A stretch of DNA of 64,000 nucleotides from Macrostomum lignano (taxonomy: Eukaryota). Both the position numbers and the translations under genes were made by a program. The notes under the pieces were generated by a model that saw only the letters and a program-made list of their open reading frames with translations, did not search any database and had not been told where the DNA came from. Below, piece after piece: positions 44,405 through 55,391 of the stretch (positions are counted from its first letter, which is position 1; each line of letters starts with the position of its first letter). The DNA lies in assembly GCA_002269645.1 (NCBI GenBank), contig NIVC01003131.1:1-64000 (forward strand), given 5' to 3'.

Positions 44405-45001
44405 TTGAGCTACGCCGCCGCCGCAGCCGCTGCCGCCGAAGCCTCCGAGCATCAGCGCCGTCGCGAGCGGCAGCGGGCGGCGCTGGCGGAGAACCGGGAG
44501 GCGGCTCACCGCTCCCACCTGGACGTTGTGAACTCGGCAGCTGCTGCTGGGGCGAAGAAAGCAGCAGCCGCAGTCAGCACGCAGACGGGCGGCCCGGGTT
44601 CGAAGCCGGTGGCAGTTCCTGTGACTACTGAGTACAGGCGGCAGTTCCGGTACAAGCAGCCGGATGTCCGGTCCCCAGCCGTTGGCCTCGTGCCGTCAAG
44701 GAAATCGATGACAACCCAGCAGCAGCAAACCGTGGCCGGTCCGCAGCCGCCCAAGGTAAAGGTGGCCGGCCGGGAGTTCAAGCCCGCCGAGACGCTGAAC
44801 CCGCAGCGGATGTCCTTCCCGCTGGGCAGCTACGGGCCTCTCGAAAGCGAGTACCACCGCGCCTTCGGCGAGGCCGCCGCCAACGGAGGCGAAACCGACT
44901 GGCAGCGCCGCCTGCGGGAGGCGCGCGAGCTGCGACAGCGGGCCGCTCAGTACCGGCTGCGCGCCTACGGGACCCATTTCTCAAGGCAGCACCTGGCTCA
45001 G
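44405..45001 (+). CDS. MDM1: MDM1 exon 3
   Basis: Acceptor ccctccag|, donor CAG|gtgagg. TEYRRQF and SEYHRAF repeats, and GTHFSRQHLAQ matching MDM1 GTHFSRDHLNQ. Confidence 0.9.
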
Positions 45002-45131
45002 GTGAGGCTCTCAGTGTTTGCAGATCTTCAGGACCGGTCAGCCTTAGTTACCTTGGTATTAGTATCATCGTGACTTTATCACTGTGACCTCACTGTGACC
45101 TCCCCACTGCAACCCCATCACCGCAATCCAG

Positions 45132-45678
45132 GTTTACGCTCCGAACTTGGACGCCTGGCAGCCGCTGGACTCCGCCCGTTCCGCCGACGACAACAACGAG
45201 CGGCCTCGCACGGCCCCGGCGCAGCACCCGCAGGCCGCCTGGGCCAGCGACCCGGAGGACCTCGCCGCCGCATCGCCCGATGACGGCGACGACGTCGAGC
45301 TCGACGCCGATGGCAATGGCGACGACTACGGCGAGAATTACCAACGGCGCCGGGACCAGCGGCAGAAGCCGCGGCGTAGGCGCCGAGCTCGCAGCACCAC
45401 CGGCGCGGGTGCCGCTGCCGATGCCGTCGTCCGGCGCCGCCTGCCGGAGAGCGAGACGGTCGGGCGCTACGGCACGCCGCGTGTCCGGGACCGCGCCCGC
45501 CAGGGCTTCGTCAGGCACCACTACGACAGAACTACGCCGAACTTCGGCGGCGTGCTGGTCGGACGGCCTGACGCCGAAGTCGGCAACGACGGACAGCCGG
45601 AGATCGACGACGACGAAGCCGCCGTTCAGGTTGCGGCTGCCGATAGCGATGGCGAGCAGATGCTGGACGATGCCGAGG
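45132..45678 (+). CDS. MDM1: MDM1 exon 4
   Basis: Acceptor caatccag|, donor G|gtgagg at 45679. GTPRV...RHHYDRTTPNFGGVLV matches the MDM1 PTPKL...RTHHDLTTPAVGGAVLV segment. Confidence 0.85.
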
Positions 45679-45728
45679 GTGAGGAATTTCTCTGGGGCGA
45701 TTCCATTATGGACTTGTCAGTAGTGCAG

Positions 45729-46210
45729 ACCGCATCCGCACCCGCAATCCGCCCGCAGATCTCGGCCGGCCACTCGGCGGCCGCAAGCCGGTCGGCCGGA
45801 TGATCCGCGAGTCGCGCCAGCTGCTGCGCGCAGCCGGCCGCCGCCAGCCCGGCCGCCAGCGGTCTCCCGCCGAGTTGCCGCCGGCCGGCCTGCCGACGCG
45901 CGACGTGGCGCCGCTGGTGGACGAGACGGCCAGCCACGACACCCAGTTGACGCTGTCTCCGAGGGCGCCGCAGCAGCAGAAGGCAGTCATTCAGCGCCGC
46001 CGCGACGAGCCCCGCGTGAACGGCTCGGAGCTGTCGGCAGCCACGCCGCCGCCGCCGCAGCAGCAGCCGGCGCCGCTGGACGACACGCAGTTCAGCGACG
46101 GCTTCTTCAGCGACACGGCCTCGCTGGTGAGCAGCTCCACCATCAGCCTGGGCTCGCAGACCCTGGAGCGGGCCAGGCAGCGGCAGGAAAGCTTCTGGGG
46201 CCGGAAATGA
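45729..46210 (+). CDS. MDM1: MDM1 exon 5 (terminal)
   Basis: A 50-nt GT-AG intron (45679-45728) restores the frame into SSTISLGSQTLERARQRQESFWGRK*, matching the MDM1 C-terminus EVLARAQKRKENFWGK. Total about 866 aa. Confidence 0.85.
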
Positions 46211-46541
46211 ATTCGGCCGCTGCGCCGCCAAGGCGGGGAGGGGGGAGCCAAGACTTGCTGGCCAAGGACCGGCTGCCCCAGCCCACTGTGAATCTGCGCG
46301 GCATGGTTGGAACACCTTCTTTCGAACAGTAGAGAGAGCCTGACCTCACCGAGTGCATGGCATCAATGAAGCGTTAGGCGAGCCTCATTTATTATCGAAT
46401 TTGTGTTCATCTATTCCAATATTTATTCCAATATCCGTCCTTAGTTAATAGCAATTCATTCTCATTGGCAAGGCTAAAACAGAGTTTGTCCTTAGTTGTC
46501 TACTTGAAATTCGCTAAAAAATGAAATGTTGTTTTTTTACA

Positions 46542-46547
46542 AATAAA
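46542..46547 (+). terminator. Candidate polyadenylation signal of MDM1
   Basis: AATAAA about 330 nt after the stop codon, followed by T-rich sequence. Confidence 0.5.
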
Positions 46548-47146
46548 ACTTTAACTTCTCTTTTATTGAAGTTGGCTGTGAATTAAAATTTTTCTGTGCG
46601 GCTCTCACGCCTCCGTCCCAAGCTCGCCTATTTTCTGTTTCATATTTTAATTGTTGTGAAATTTTTACTGCTAAATTTGCGAAATATGACAAAATTTTTT
46701 CCTCGTCTCTCTGCGCGTCATATGCTACTCATCATTCTAGTATAGTAGACTACATTGATTTATTAGTTTATTTATTAGCTCCCGTCCCTCCTCCTAGCAA
46801 CCTCAGCTTTGACAGGCCGCAAAGTTTGGTGGAGTAAAAAATATTAATTCCTATCTGCAGGATTAGCATTGACTGTTTTGCGTCATTGGCTGCTGCACCA
46901 AATTTAACCCAAACTCGCCAGGAATTTTTTTTAAGCTCTAGCAACTATTTATCCTAAATCTTCTAGAATAAGAATATATTATTTATCCTTTGTATGCAAA
47001 GTGTTTTGCTGTCTCCACTGGCAAATTCACTTGTTTTTTGTTTTTTGCGCCTGCTTTTTTCTATGAAATTAAATCTGAGCTCAGCAGACTTTCAGCAGCT
47101 TTGGCTGAAGTGGGTTGCATGGCTAATGGCGCTCCAACAGGGATCT

Positions 47147-48690
47147 AGCCATGGTAATATTCTAGTTGCTATGCGGCTGCTGCACCTGTAGCCATGGTAA
47201 TATTCTAGTTGCTATGCGGCTGGTGCACCTGTAGCCATGGTAATATTCTAGTTGCCATGCGGCTGGTGCACCTGTAGCCATGGTAATATTCTAGTTGCCA
47301 TGCGGCTGCTGTACCTGTAGCCATGGTAATATTCTAGTTGCTATGCGGCTGCTGCACCTGTAGCCATGGTGATATTCAAGTTGCTATGCGGCTGCTGCAC
47401 CTGTAGCCATGATAATATTCAAGTTGCTATGCGGCTGCTGCACCTGTAGCCATGATAATATTCAAGTTGCTATGCGGCTGCTGCACCTGTAGCCATGGTA
47501 ATATTCAAGTTGCTATGCGGCTGCTGCACCTGTAGCCATGGTAATATTCAAGTTGCTATGCGGCTGCTGCACCTGTAGCCATGATAATATTCAAGTTGCT
47601 ATGCGGCTGCTGCACCTGTAGCCATGATGATATTCAAGTTGCTATGCGGCTGCTGCACCTGTAGCCATGATGATATTCAAGTTGCTATGCGGCTGCTGCA
47701 CCTGTAGCCATGATAATATTCAAGTTGCTATGCGGCTGCTGCACCTGTAGCCATGGTAATATTCAAGTTGCTATGCGGCTGCTGCACCTGTAGCCATGAT
47801 GATATTCAAGTTGCTATGCGGCTGCTGCACCTGTAGCCATGATAATATTCAAGTTGCTATGCGGCTGCTGCACCTGTAGCCGTGGTAATATTCAAGTTGC
47901 TATGCGGCTGCTGCACCTGTAGCCATGATGATATTCAAGTTGCTATGCGGCTGCTGCACCTGTATCCATGGTGATATTCTAGTTGCTATGCGGCTGGTGC
48001 ACCCGTAGCCATGGTGATATTCGAGTTGCTATGCGGCTGCTGCACCTGTAGCCATGGTAATATTCTAGTTGCTATGCGGCTGCTGCACCTGTAGCCATGG
48101 TAATATTCTAGTTGCTATGCGGCTGCTGCACCTGTAGCCATGATGATATTCAAGTTGCCATGCGGCTGCTGCACCTGTAGCCATGGTAATATTCTAGTTG
48201 CTATGCGGCTGCTGCACCTGTAGCCATGGTAATATTCTAGTTGCTATGCGGCTGGTGCACCTGTATCCATGGTGATATTCGAGTTGCTATGCGGCTGGTG
48301 CACCCGTAGCCATGGTGATATTCGAGTTGCTATGCGGCTGGTGCACCCGTAGCCATGATGATATTCAAGTTGCTATGCGGCTGGTGCACCTGTATCCATG
48401 GTAATATTCTAGTTGCTATGCGGCTGCTGCACCTGTAGCCATGATGATATTCTAGTTGCTATGCGGCTGGTGCACCTGTATCCATGGTGATATTCGAGTT
48501 GCTATGCGGCTGGTGCACCCGTAGCCATGGTGATTTTCGAGTTGCTATGCGGCTGGTGCACCCGTAGCCATGGTGATATTCGAGTTGCTATGCGGCTGGT
48601 GCACCTGTATTCATGGTGTATCCAGGATGATATTCTAGTTGCTATGCGGCTGGTGCACCTGTATCCATGGTGATATTCAAGTTGCTATGG
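47147..48690. repeat. 43-bp satellite CCATGGTAATATTCTAGTTGCTATGCGGCTGCTGCACCTGTAG, about 36 copies
   Basis: Period measured as 47149 to 47192. Confidence 0.97.
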
Positions 48691-48699
48691 CGGCTTTAG

Positions 48700-48885
48700 G
48701 CGCTGCCCGCAAATCAAGAGCGACTGTGGACCCGCAGCCCAACTGCAGACCCCTGAACAAGCACACGGATGCGCTCACAGCAGGCCGCGAACCCCAAGTT
48801 AATTGGGGCCGGCGGCAGCGCATGGAATCGAACCCGGGGTCTTCGGAGATCGAGTCTGGCGATGCGCTACCGCTGCCTGCTGTCT
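48700..48885 (-). mobile_element. tRNA-headed SINE-like element with a related head and a different body
   Basis: Minus strand: CAGCGGTAGCGC (A-box region), GGGTTCGATTCC (B-box, 48824-48835), then ttaacttgggg as in the other family. Confidence 0.5.
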
Positions 48886-48964
48886 GCTGGAATTTATCCG
48901 CCAATTCCGAAGGCCTGAAGCGAAGGACTTGCATTCGAACTGTAAACATGCAGTGTTTGATCGA

Positions 48965-48976
48965 CTCTCTCTCTCT

Positions 48977-49025
<49 letters not shown>
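48965..49025. repeat. (CT)n microsatellite
   Basis: Direct reading. Confidence 0.95.
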
Positions 49026-49028
<3 letters not shown>

Positions 49029-49489
49029 TTGTCCTCTAGGTGTATATCTGCTGCCTCCGAATCTCGCTGAACCATCTGCAGTCCGCTGCTTATTGCTTCT
49101 AATCTGCCCTCCAGGGTCATCAATCATTTCAGTTTGAGTGACAGGTGCGCAGATAATCTGGTTTGACCATTTGACCTTGAACTGGCGCGCTAACACAGTG
49201 CCACCGGAATACCTACTGCACTGCCGGCCGGTCCGCTGCAATGGAGTCAAGCTTTAATTCGGGCTGGCAACTCGCCCATTTCTCTAAACTGATCACTTGC
49301 GCTGTTCGCTGATGTACTTTAGCCATGGCCGTCTGTCACCCGCAGCGGTAATAGACAGCTGTGTAGGGCCTCACCTGTCTTCAGAATAGGAATAGCCATT
49401 CATGATTTGTCTGAGAGGACATGATTTACTAGTCATTTCCAATGGATCTGGCATCTCATCTGACCCATAAGAATGCTGCATCACCCTTC

Positions 49490-50670
49490 CAGATCCTTGC
49501 GGTTGCTGGGCCAGCCTCCCAGAGTGTCAGTTGCTGGGCCAGCCTTCCCTAGCCTCAGTTGCTGAGCCAGCCTCTTAGATCCTCAGTTGCTGGGCCAGCC
49601 TCCCAGAGTGTCAGTTGCTGGGCCAGCCTCCCAGATCCTCTGTTGCTGGGCCAGCCTCCCAGATCCTCAGTTGCTGGGCCAGCCTCCCAGAGTGTCAGTT
49701 GCTGGGCCAGCCTCCCAGATCCTCTGTTGCTGGGCCAGCCTCCCAGATCCTCAGTTGCTGGGCCAGCCTCCCAGATCCTCTGTTGCTGGGCCAGCCTCCC
49801 AGATCCTCAGTTGCTGGGCCAGCCTTCCCGAGCCTCAGTTGCTGAGCCAGCCTCCCAGAGTGTCAGTTGCTGGGCCAGCCTCCCAGAGTGTCAGTTGCTG
49901 TGCCAGCCTCCCAGATCCTCTGTTGCTGGGCCAGCCTCCCAGATCCTCAGTTGCTGGGCTACAGCCTCCCAGATCCTCAGTTGCTGAGCCAGCCTCCCAG
50001 ATCCTCAGTTGCTGGGCCAGCCTCTTAGATCCTCAGTTGCTGGGCCAGCCTCCCAGAGTGTCAGTTGCTGGGCCAGCCTCCCAGAGTGTCAGTTGCTGGG
50101 CCAGCCTCCCAGATCCTCAGTTGCTGAGCCAGCCTTCCAGATCCTCAGTTGCTGAGGCAGCCTCCTAGATCCTCAGTTGCTGGGCCAACCTCCCAAATCC
50201 TCAGTTGCTGGGCCAGCCTCCCAGAGTGTCAGTTGCTGGGCCAGCCTCTCAGATCCTCAGTTGCTGAGCCAGCCTCCCAAATCCTCAGTTGCTGGGCCAG
50301 CCAGCCTCCCAGAGTGTCAGTTGCTGGGCCAGCCTCTCAGATCCTCAGTTGCTGAGCCAGCCTCCCAGATCCTCAGTTGCTGAACCAGCCTCCCAAATCC
50401 TCAGTTTCTGGGCAAGCCTCTCAGATCCTCAGTTGCTGGGCCAGCCTCTCAGATCCTCAGTTGCTGAGCCAGCCTCCCAGATCCTCAGTTGCTGAGCCAG
50501 CCTCCCAAATCCTCAGTTGCTGGGCCAGCCTCCCAAATCCTCAGTTGCTGGGCCAGCCTCCCAAATCCTCAGTTGCTGGGCCAGCCTCCCAGATCCTCAG
50601 TTTCGGGGCATGCCTCTCAGATCCTCAGTTGCTGGGCCAGCCTCCCAGAGTGTAAGTTGCTGGGCAACCA
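49490..50670. repeat. 28-bp minisatellite CAGCCTCCCAGATCCTCAGTTGCTGGGC
   Basis: Direct reading; two recurring variants (AGATCC and AGAGTG). Confidence 0.95.
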
Positions 50671-51100
50671 CCGCCCCCTCCAGCTCCGAGGCTGGTGGAC
50701 CACCCTAACAGAAAAAAGTCGCAAGTGACAGAACTTTCTACTAGCTACTAAATAACTTCAATAAACAATGTATATTTATGTACATAGTATGCATTCGGTC
50801 CGCAGCCACGCCAAAGTCGCCAATGCGAGTTGCCAGGGCTGGGCACGCATTCGCAGTACCGCAGCCCCCCCCCCCCGCCCCGCATTCTGGCTGCAACCAG
50901 CCGCCCGCCAGAGCCCCGCCAGCGCGCTGATCTGTCAGATAGCGCAGCAGCCCTTAATAAATTGTCGGTCCAATTTTTTCAATCAGTTTCAATCTGCCTA
51001 CAGATTTTTCACTCCATTCAGACGATCGCGCAGCCAATTTAATTTTATTCGCTCCAGCCGAGGTCTTCAATCAGCGACTGACTGCGGACAGCTCCTGGCG

Positions 51101-51233
51101 ATGTCTGGCGGCCGAGCTCCACCAGGCGTCGGCTTTGGCGCAAGCCTGCCGCTGCTGCTGTCGCTGCTGCTGTTGCTGCTGCTGCTGTGCCTTGCTGGGA
51201 CTGCCGGAGGGCAGGAGGAAGAAAAGCAGAGCA
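51101..51233 (+). CDS. Exon 1 of a secreted mucin-like gene (signal peptide)
   Basis: ATG...MSGGRAPPGVGFGASLPLLLSLLLLLLLLCLAGTAGGQEEEKQS has a poly-Leu h-region. Perfect donor |gtaagt, phase 1. Linkage to the repeat exon is inferred. Confidence 0.75.
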
Positions 51234-51339
51234 GTAAGTTTGCCCTGCTTCACTGGGCTTCTAGGGGAAGGGGATCGTGGTGGACTTGCAGATTAGCTAA
51301 ATGAAATCAAATTATTTTAATAAACGAATTACATACGGA

Positions 51340-52850
51340 CTTGTCTACCCGACTCCACCAATCTGTCCACCAATTTGTCTACCCGACTCCACCAATCTGT
51401 CCACCAACTTGTCTACCAGACTCTCCACCAATCTGTCTACCACGTTGTCTACCCGACTCTCCACCAATCTGTCTACCAAATTGTCTACCAGACTCTCCAC
51501 CAATCTGTCCACCAATTTGCCTACCAGACTGTCCACCAATCTGTCCACCAGCTTGTCTACCCGATTCCACTAATCTGTCCACCAGCTTGTCTACCCGACT
51601 CCACCAATCTGTCCATCAGATTGTCTACCCGACTTCACCAATCTGTCCACCAATTTGTCTACCAGACTCTCCACCAATCTGTCCACCAACTTGTCTACCA
51701 GACTGTCCACCAATCTGTCCACCACGTTGTCTACCCGACTCTTCACCAATCTGTCTACCAAATTGTCTACCAGACTCTCCACCAATCTGTCCACCAACTT
51801 GTCTACCAGACCCTCCACCAGTCTGTCGACCAATTTGTCTACCAGACTCTCCACCAATCTGTCCACCACGTTGTCTACCCGACTCTCTACCAATCTGTCC
51901 ACCAAATTGTCTACCCGACTCTCCACCAATCTGTCTACCAAATTGTCTACCAGACCCTCCACCAGTCTGTCGACCAATTTGTCTATCAGACTCTCCACCA
52001 ATCTGTCCACCACGTTTTCTACCCGACTCTCTACCAATCTGTCCACCAAATTGTCTACCAGACTGTCCACCAATCTGTCCACCAGCTTGTCTACCCGATT
52101 CCACTAATCTGTCCACCAGCTTGTCTACCCGACTCCACCAATCTGTCCACCAGATTGTCTACCCGACTTCACCAATCTGTCCACCAATTTGTCTACCAGA
52201 CTCTCCACCAATCTGTACACCAATTTGTCTACCAGACTGTCCACCAATCTGTCCACCAATTTTTCTACCAGACTGTCCACCAATCTGTCCACCAGCTTGT
52301 CTACCCGACTCCACCAGTCTGTCCACCAGCTTGTCTACCAGACTGTCCACCAGTCTGTCCACCAGCTTGTCTACCAGACTGTCCACCAGTCTGTCCACCA
52401 GCTTGTCTACCCGACTCCACCAATCTGTCCACCAGCTTGTCTACCCGACTCCACCAATCTGTCCACCAATTTGTCTACCAGACTCTCCACCAATCTGTCC
52501 ACCAATTTGTCTACCAGACTGTCCACCAATCTGTCCACCAATTTGTCTACCAGACTCTCCACCAATCTGTCCACCAATTTGTCTACCCGACTCCACCAAT
52601 CTGTCCACCAATTTGTCTACCAGACTCTCCACCAATCTGTCCACCAAATTGTCTACCAGACTCTCCACCAATCTGTCCACCAATTTGTCTACCAGACTGT
52701 CCACCAATCTGTCCACCAGCTTGTCTACCCGACTCTCCACCAGTCTGTCCACCAGCTTGTCTACTCGACTCCACAAATCTGTCCACCAAATGTTCTACCC
52801 GACTCTCTACCTATCTGCCCAGCAATTTGTCCACCAGACTGTCGACCAGT
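51340..52850. repeat. Composite repeat built from 12-bp CCACCAATCTGT-type subunits, in intron 1 of the mucin-like gene
   Basis: Direct reading. Confidence 0.95.
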
Positions 52851-53042
52851 CTAAACCATTATGTCTTCGAATCTGTCTATCAAAAAAGAATGTTTTAGAA
52901 TTTCTATTTAAACGGATTTCAGAATGATTAAAATGTCTGTCAGAATACCCTGGAACGTATCTGGGATTGCATTTCAGGATTTCAGAGACAGAATATCCTT
53001 CTAAAACATGTCTTGAATTTTTGTCTCTCGGACATTAGCCAG

Positions 53043-53119
53043 CTGAAGTCAACAGGTGCCAAGGAATTGCTTTTAGCAGGTTAGAAGCCGTGCAGGAAAA
53101 GTACCCAAGATTTTGCCAG
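53043..53119 (+). CDS. Candidate small internal exon of the mucin-like gene (TEVNRCQG...PRFCQ)
   Basis: Acceptor ttagccag|, donor CAG|gtatta. Phase 1 entry is open and contains 2 Cys. Confidence 0.4.
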
Positions 53120-53630
53120 GTATTAGCGAACTCTAAGAGTACCGACAAAATTAGAGCTGACAACGATCGCAAATTGTTCTATTTTACGAGATTGCGGCTC
53201 GCATATCTGACAGAAGCACTCAATAAAGCTATCAGCAAGCAGGTGAAAGTAATTATTGTCAAGCCGTAAAAAGCTTAATGGCAGCCAGCAAGTTGGGTGC
53301 AAAACTGGCATTGGCAGACACAGCAGCCACCTAACCGGACCCAGAGGTCAAACTGTCTGGGTTGCATTAAAGTGGCCAGCATTACCAGCCTGACCAGAAC
53401 CAGTTTATCTGGCGGCTAATCTCGCTTCCAATTAGCTTGAATACGCACAGGTGTATGCAGTATGGTCAGCACGACGGTCTCTTTAAACTTTGCCGGCTGG
53501 AACGGGTGTTGAAATGAAATAAAATTCTTATTAAATCAATATTGAGACATACCGATTTTAGTCCACTTGTATCTCATGGACGATTTTTATAAGTAATTTT
53601 AGTAGGCATCTCGTTATCTCGCGTCGCACT

Positions 53631-53928
53631 TTTATGCCAGCGGCCCAGGTTCGAATCCAAGCTGGAGAGTGCAGTCGCATTAATTTGGAGCTAAATTGGA
53701 ATCTCGGCTTGGCTCTGCTCTTGCAATTAACACCATTGAGGGCCAACCTCGAGGCACAGTGAAGTGTACATGCCTAATGATAAATAAAGTTAGGGCCGCT
53801 GTACACTCCTGTGTGACTGTGTGCCTTTGCGTGTTCCTGCTCAGGGGAGTCGGTGGAATGGGCAGCAATGCCTCTCGCCGGTTGTTTGACAATGTCAAGC
53901 TTAAAGTGCGTTAGGGTGCACAAAGCCC
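53631..53928 (+). mobile_element. Copy of the same SINE family
   Basis: B-box GGTTCGAATCC, then cattaatttggagctaaattggaatctcggcttgg...aaagttagggccgctgtacac...ttaaagtgcg, as in the other copies. Confidence 0.75.
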
Positions 53929-54451
53929 TTACCTATACACGTACGCTCGTACTTAAATTAGGAATTGAAGGCTATTTTAGCGTGACCTTTTGGCCCGTCG
54001 GGCAGAAAATCCGGCGCGTTTATCGTCATAGAAACTCTGGCTGTCAACTAACTTAAACAGCCAGCAATTTTCAATTTAACTTTCAATACTTCAAGTAGTC
54101 TATCGTCGCCAGTGTCGCTTTTACGGCGCCCTCTGATTCTCACTCACATTTCTTTTTTGTTCAGAGGTGTGGGCTCTACCCAGCATACAAGTGAGTTTTC
54201 CAGGAGTCAGTTGCTCAGGCCTTCTCAAGGATTTTATCTCTTCAGTAGGGGCTGGATGCATTGTGAGGCTGTGGGACTGCGAACGAATTCTCATTATGAT
54301 CTGCATTGCTTGGCTCAGCACACCCAGCTTAGTGGATCCGCGGTCTCAGTCTCAGTCTCTCGACCACGGCCGGGAAAGCAAACCGCAAGATGAAACGCAT
54401 ACGAACACTTGATCACTTTTTTATTACAGACTTATTTTAAGCTAAATTCTC

Positions 54452-54600
54452 ACACACAAACGGCGAGAGGCATTGCTGCCAATTCCACCGGCTCCACTGA
54501 GCAGGCAGCGTCCTTAACTTAATTTATCGCTAGGCATGTACACTACACTGTGCCTTGGGGTTAATGGCGTTAATTGCACGAGCACAGCCATGCCAAGATT
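54452..54600 (-). mobile_element. Partial inverted copy of the same SINE family
   Basis: cggcgagaggcattgctgcc...taggcatgtacac...ctgtgccttgggg is the reverse complement of the body of the 53631 copy. Confidence 0.65.
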
Positions 54601-55076
54601 TGACAGCACCTGGGCCGTTTGGAACATAAAAGCGCCGCGCCAGACCAACTAGACTAGGCCCTCAACACTTGATCACACTCCAACCGTGAACAGGTGAGAG
54701 GCCAGAGTCACCCTATAGCGCTGATAACATATGCCTATGATCCCTGAGTCCTGGTAGGTCCAACTCGCAGGGTATCACCTTCTGGGGCCCGAGTCCCCAG
54801 TCCTGAATGAATTTCGACTATAGGGAAACCCCATTTAGGGTTATACAAAAAACGAATATTTTCGAAATCAATTAGACAACATAGCTGTTTTTGAGTAAAC
54901 TCTAATTTAGTAGATGCTTTGAATGTTTCCTTCACAAACTTGCAAGTAGGCATTAGGAAAAATTCCTTCCTTCATTTTGGGTTCGGAACTTTCGAAAGTG
55001 AGGTGTCGTTTAGTCTTCCTACATACTAAAAATGGTTTGCCACCATTTAGGCATCTATCAATGCGATTGATTTTAG

Positions 55077-55259
55077 CGAAACGGCTCAATTTTATGCTGA
55101 AATGAACGAGTGGAAGAGTCTCTTCGCCTCTTTGAAAAGATGCGGATCCACTCGTCTTCAAATAGACAACTATAAAGAAACATGCTCCAAGGCCGAACAA
55201 ATCGACATGCTAATTAAATTACTACCGAGTAGCTTGAATGGGCATTGCTATCGGAATTC
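55077..55259 (+). CDS. Candidate internal exon of the mucin-like gene (ETAQFYAEMNEWKSLFASLKRC...GHCYRN)
   Basis: Acceptor gattttag|, donor |gtacac. 183 nt, phase 2-2, open and protein-like with 3 Cys. Confidence 0.4.
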
Positions 55260-55391
55260 GTACACTTTCTAGGTTTTTTGTATCCGTGAAGAGCATATAA
55301 TTTAGCTTCAAAACCGTGTTGTACATTCTAGTCTCAATTGTTCGCACCTAGGCTCGTAAATGAAGTAGAATATAACCTTCCTTCGCTGCAG

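Noticed and set aside
48800-48885. tRNA gene
   Set aside because: A- and B-box-like motifs are present, but I could not fold a cloverleaf or find a poly-T terminator. A SINE head fits better; tRNAscan-SE would settle it.
51341-52927. 500-aa Pro/Cys- or His/Gln-rich ORFs
   Set aside because: They are translations of a 12-bp-based repeat lying after a strong donor at 51234, and several frames are open simultaneously.
53268-53320. Nicastrin-like motif LNGSQQVGC in a plus-strand frame
   Set aside because: The match is short, similarity does not extend on either side, and no other nicastrin exons are visible.
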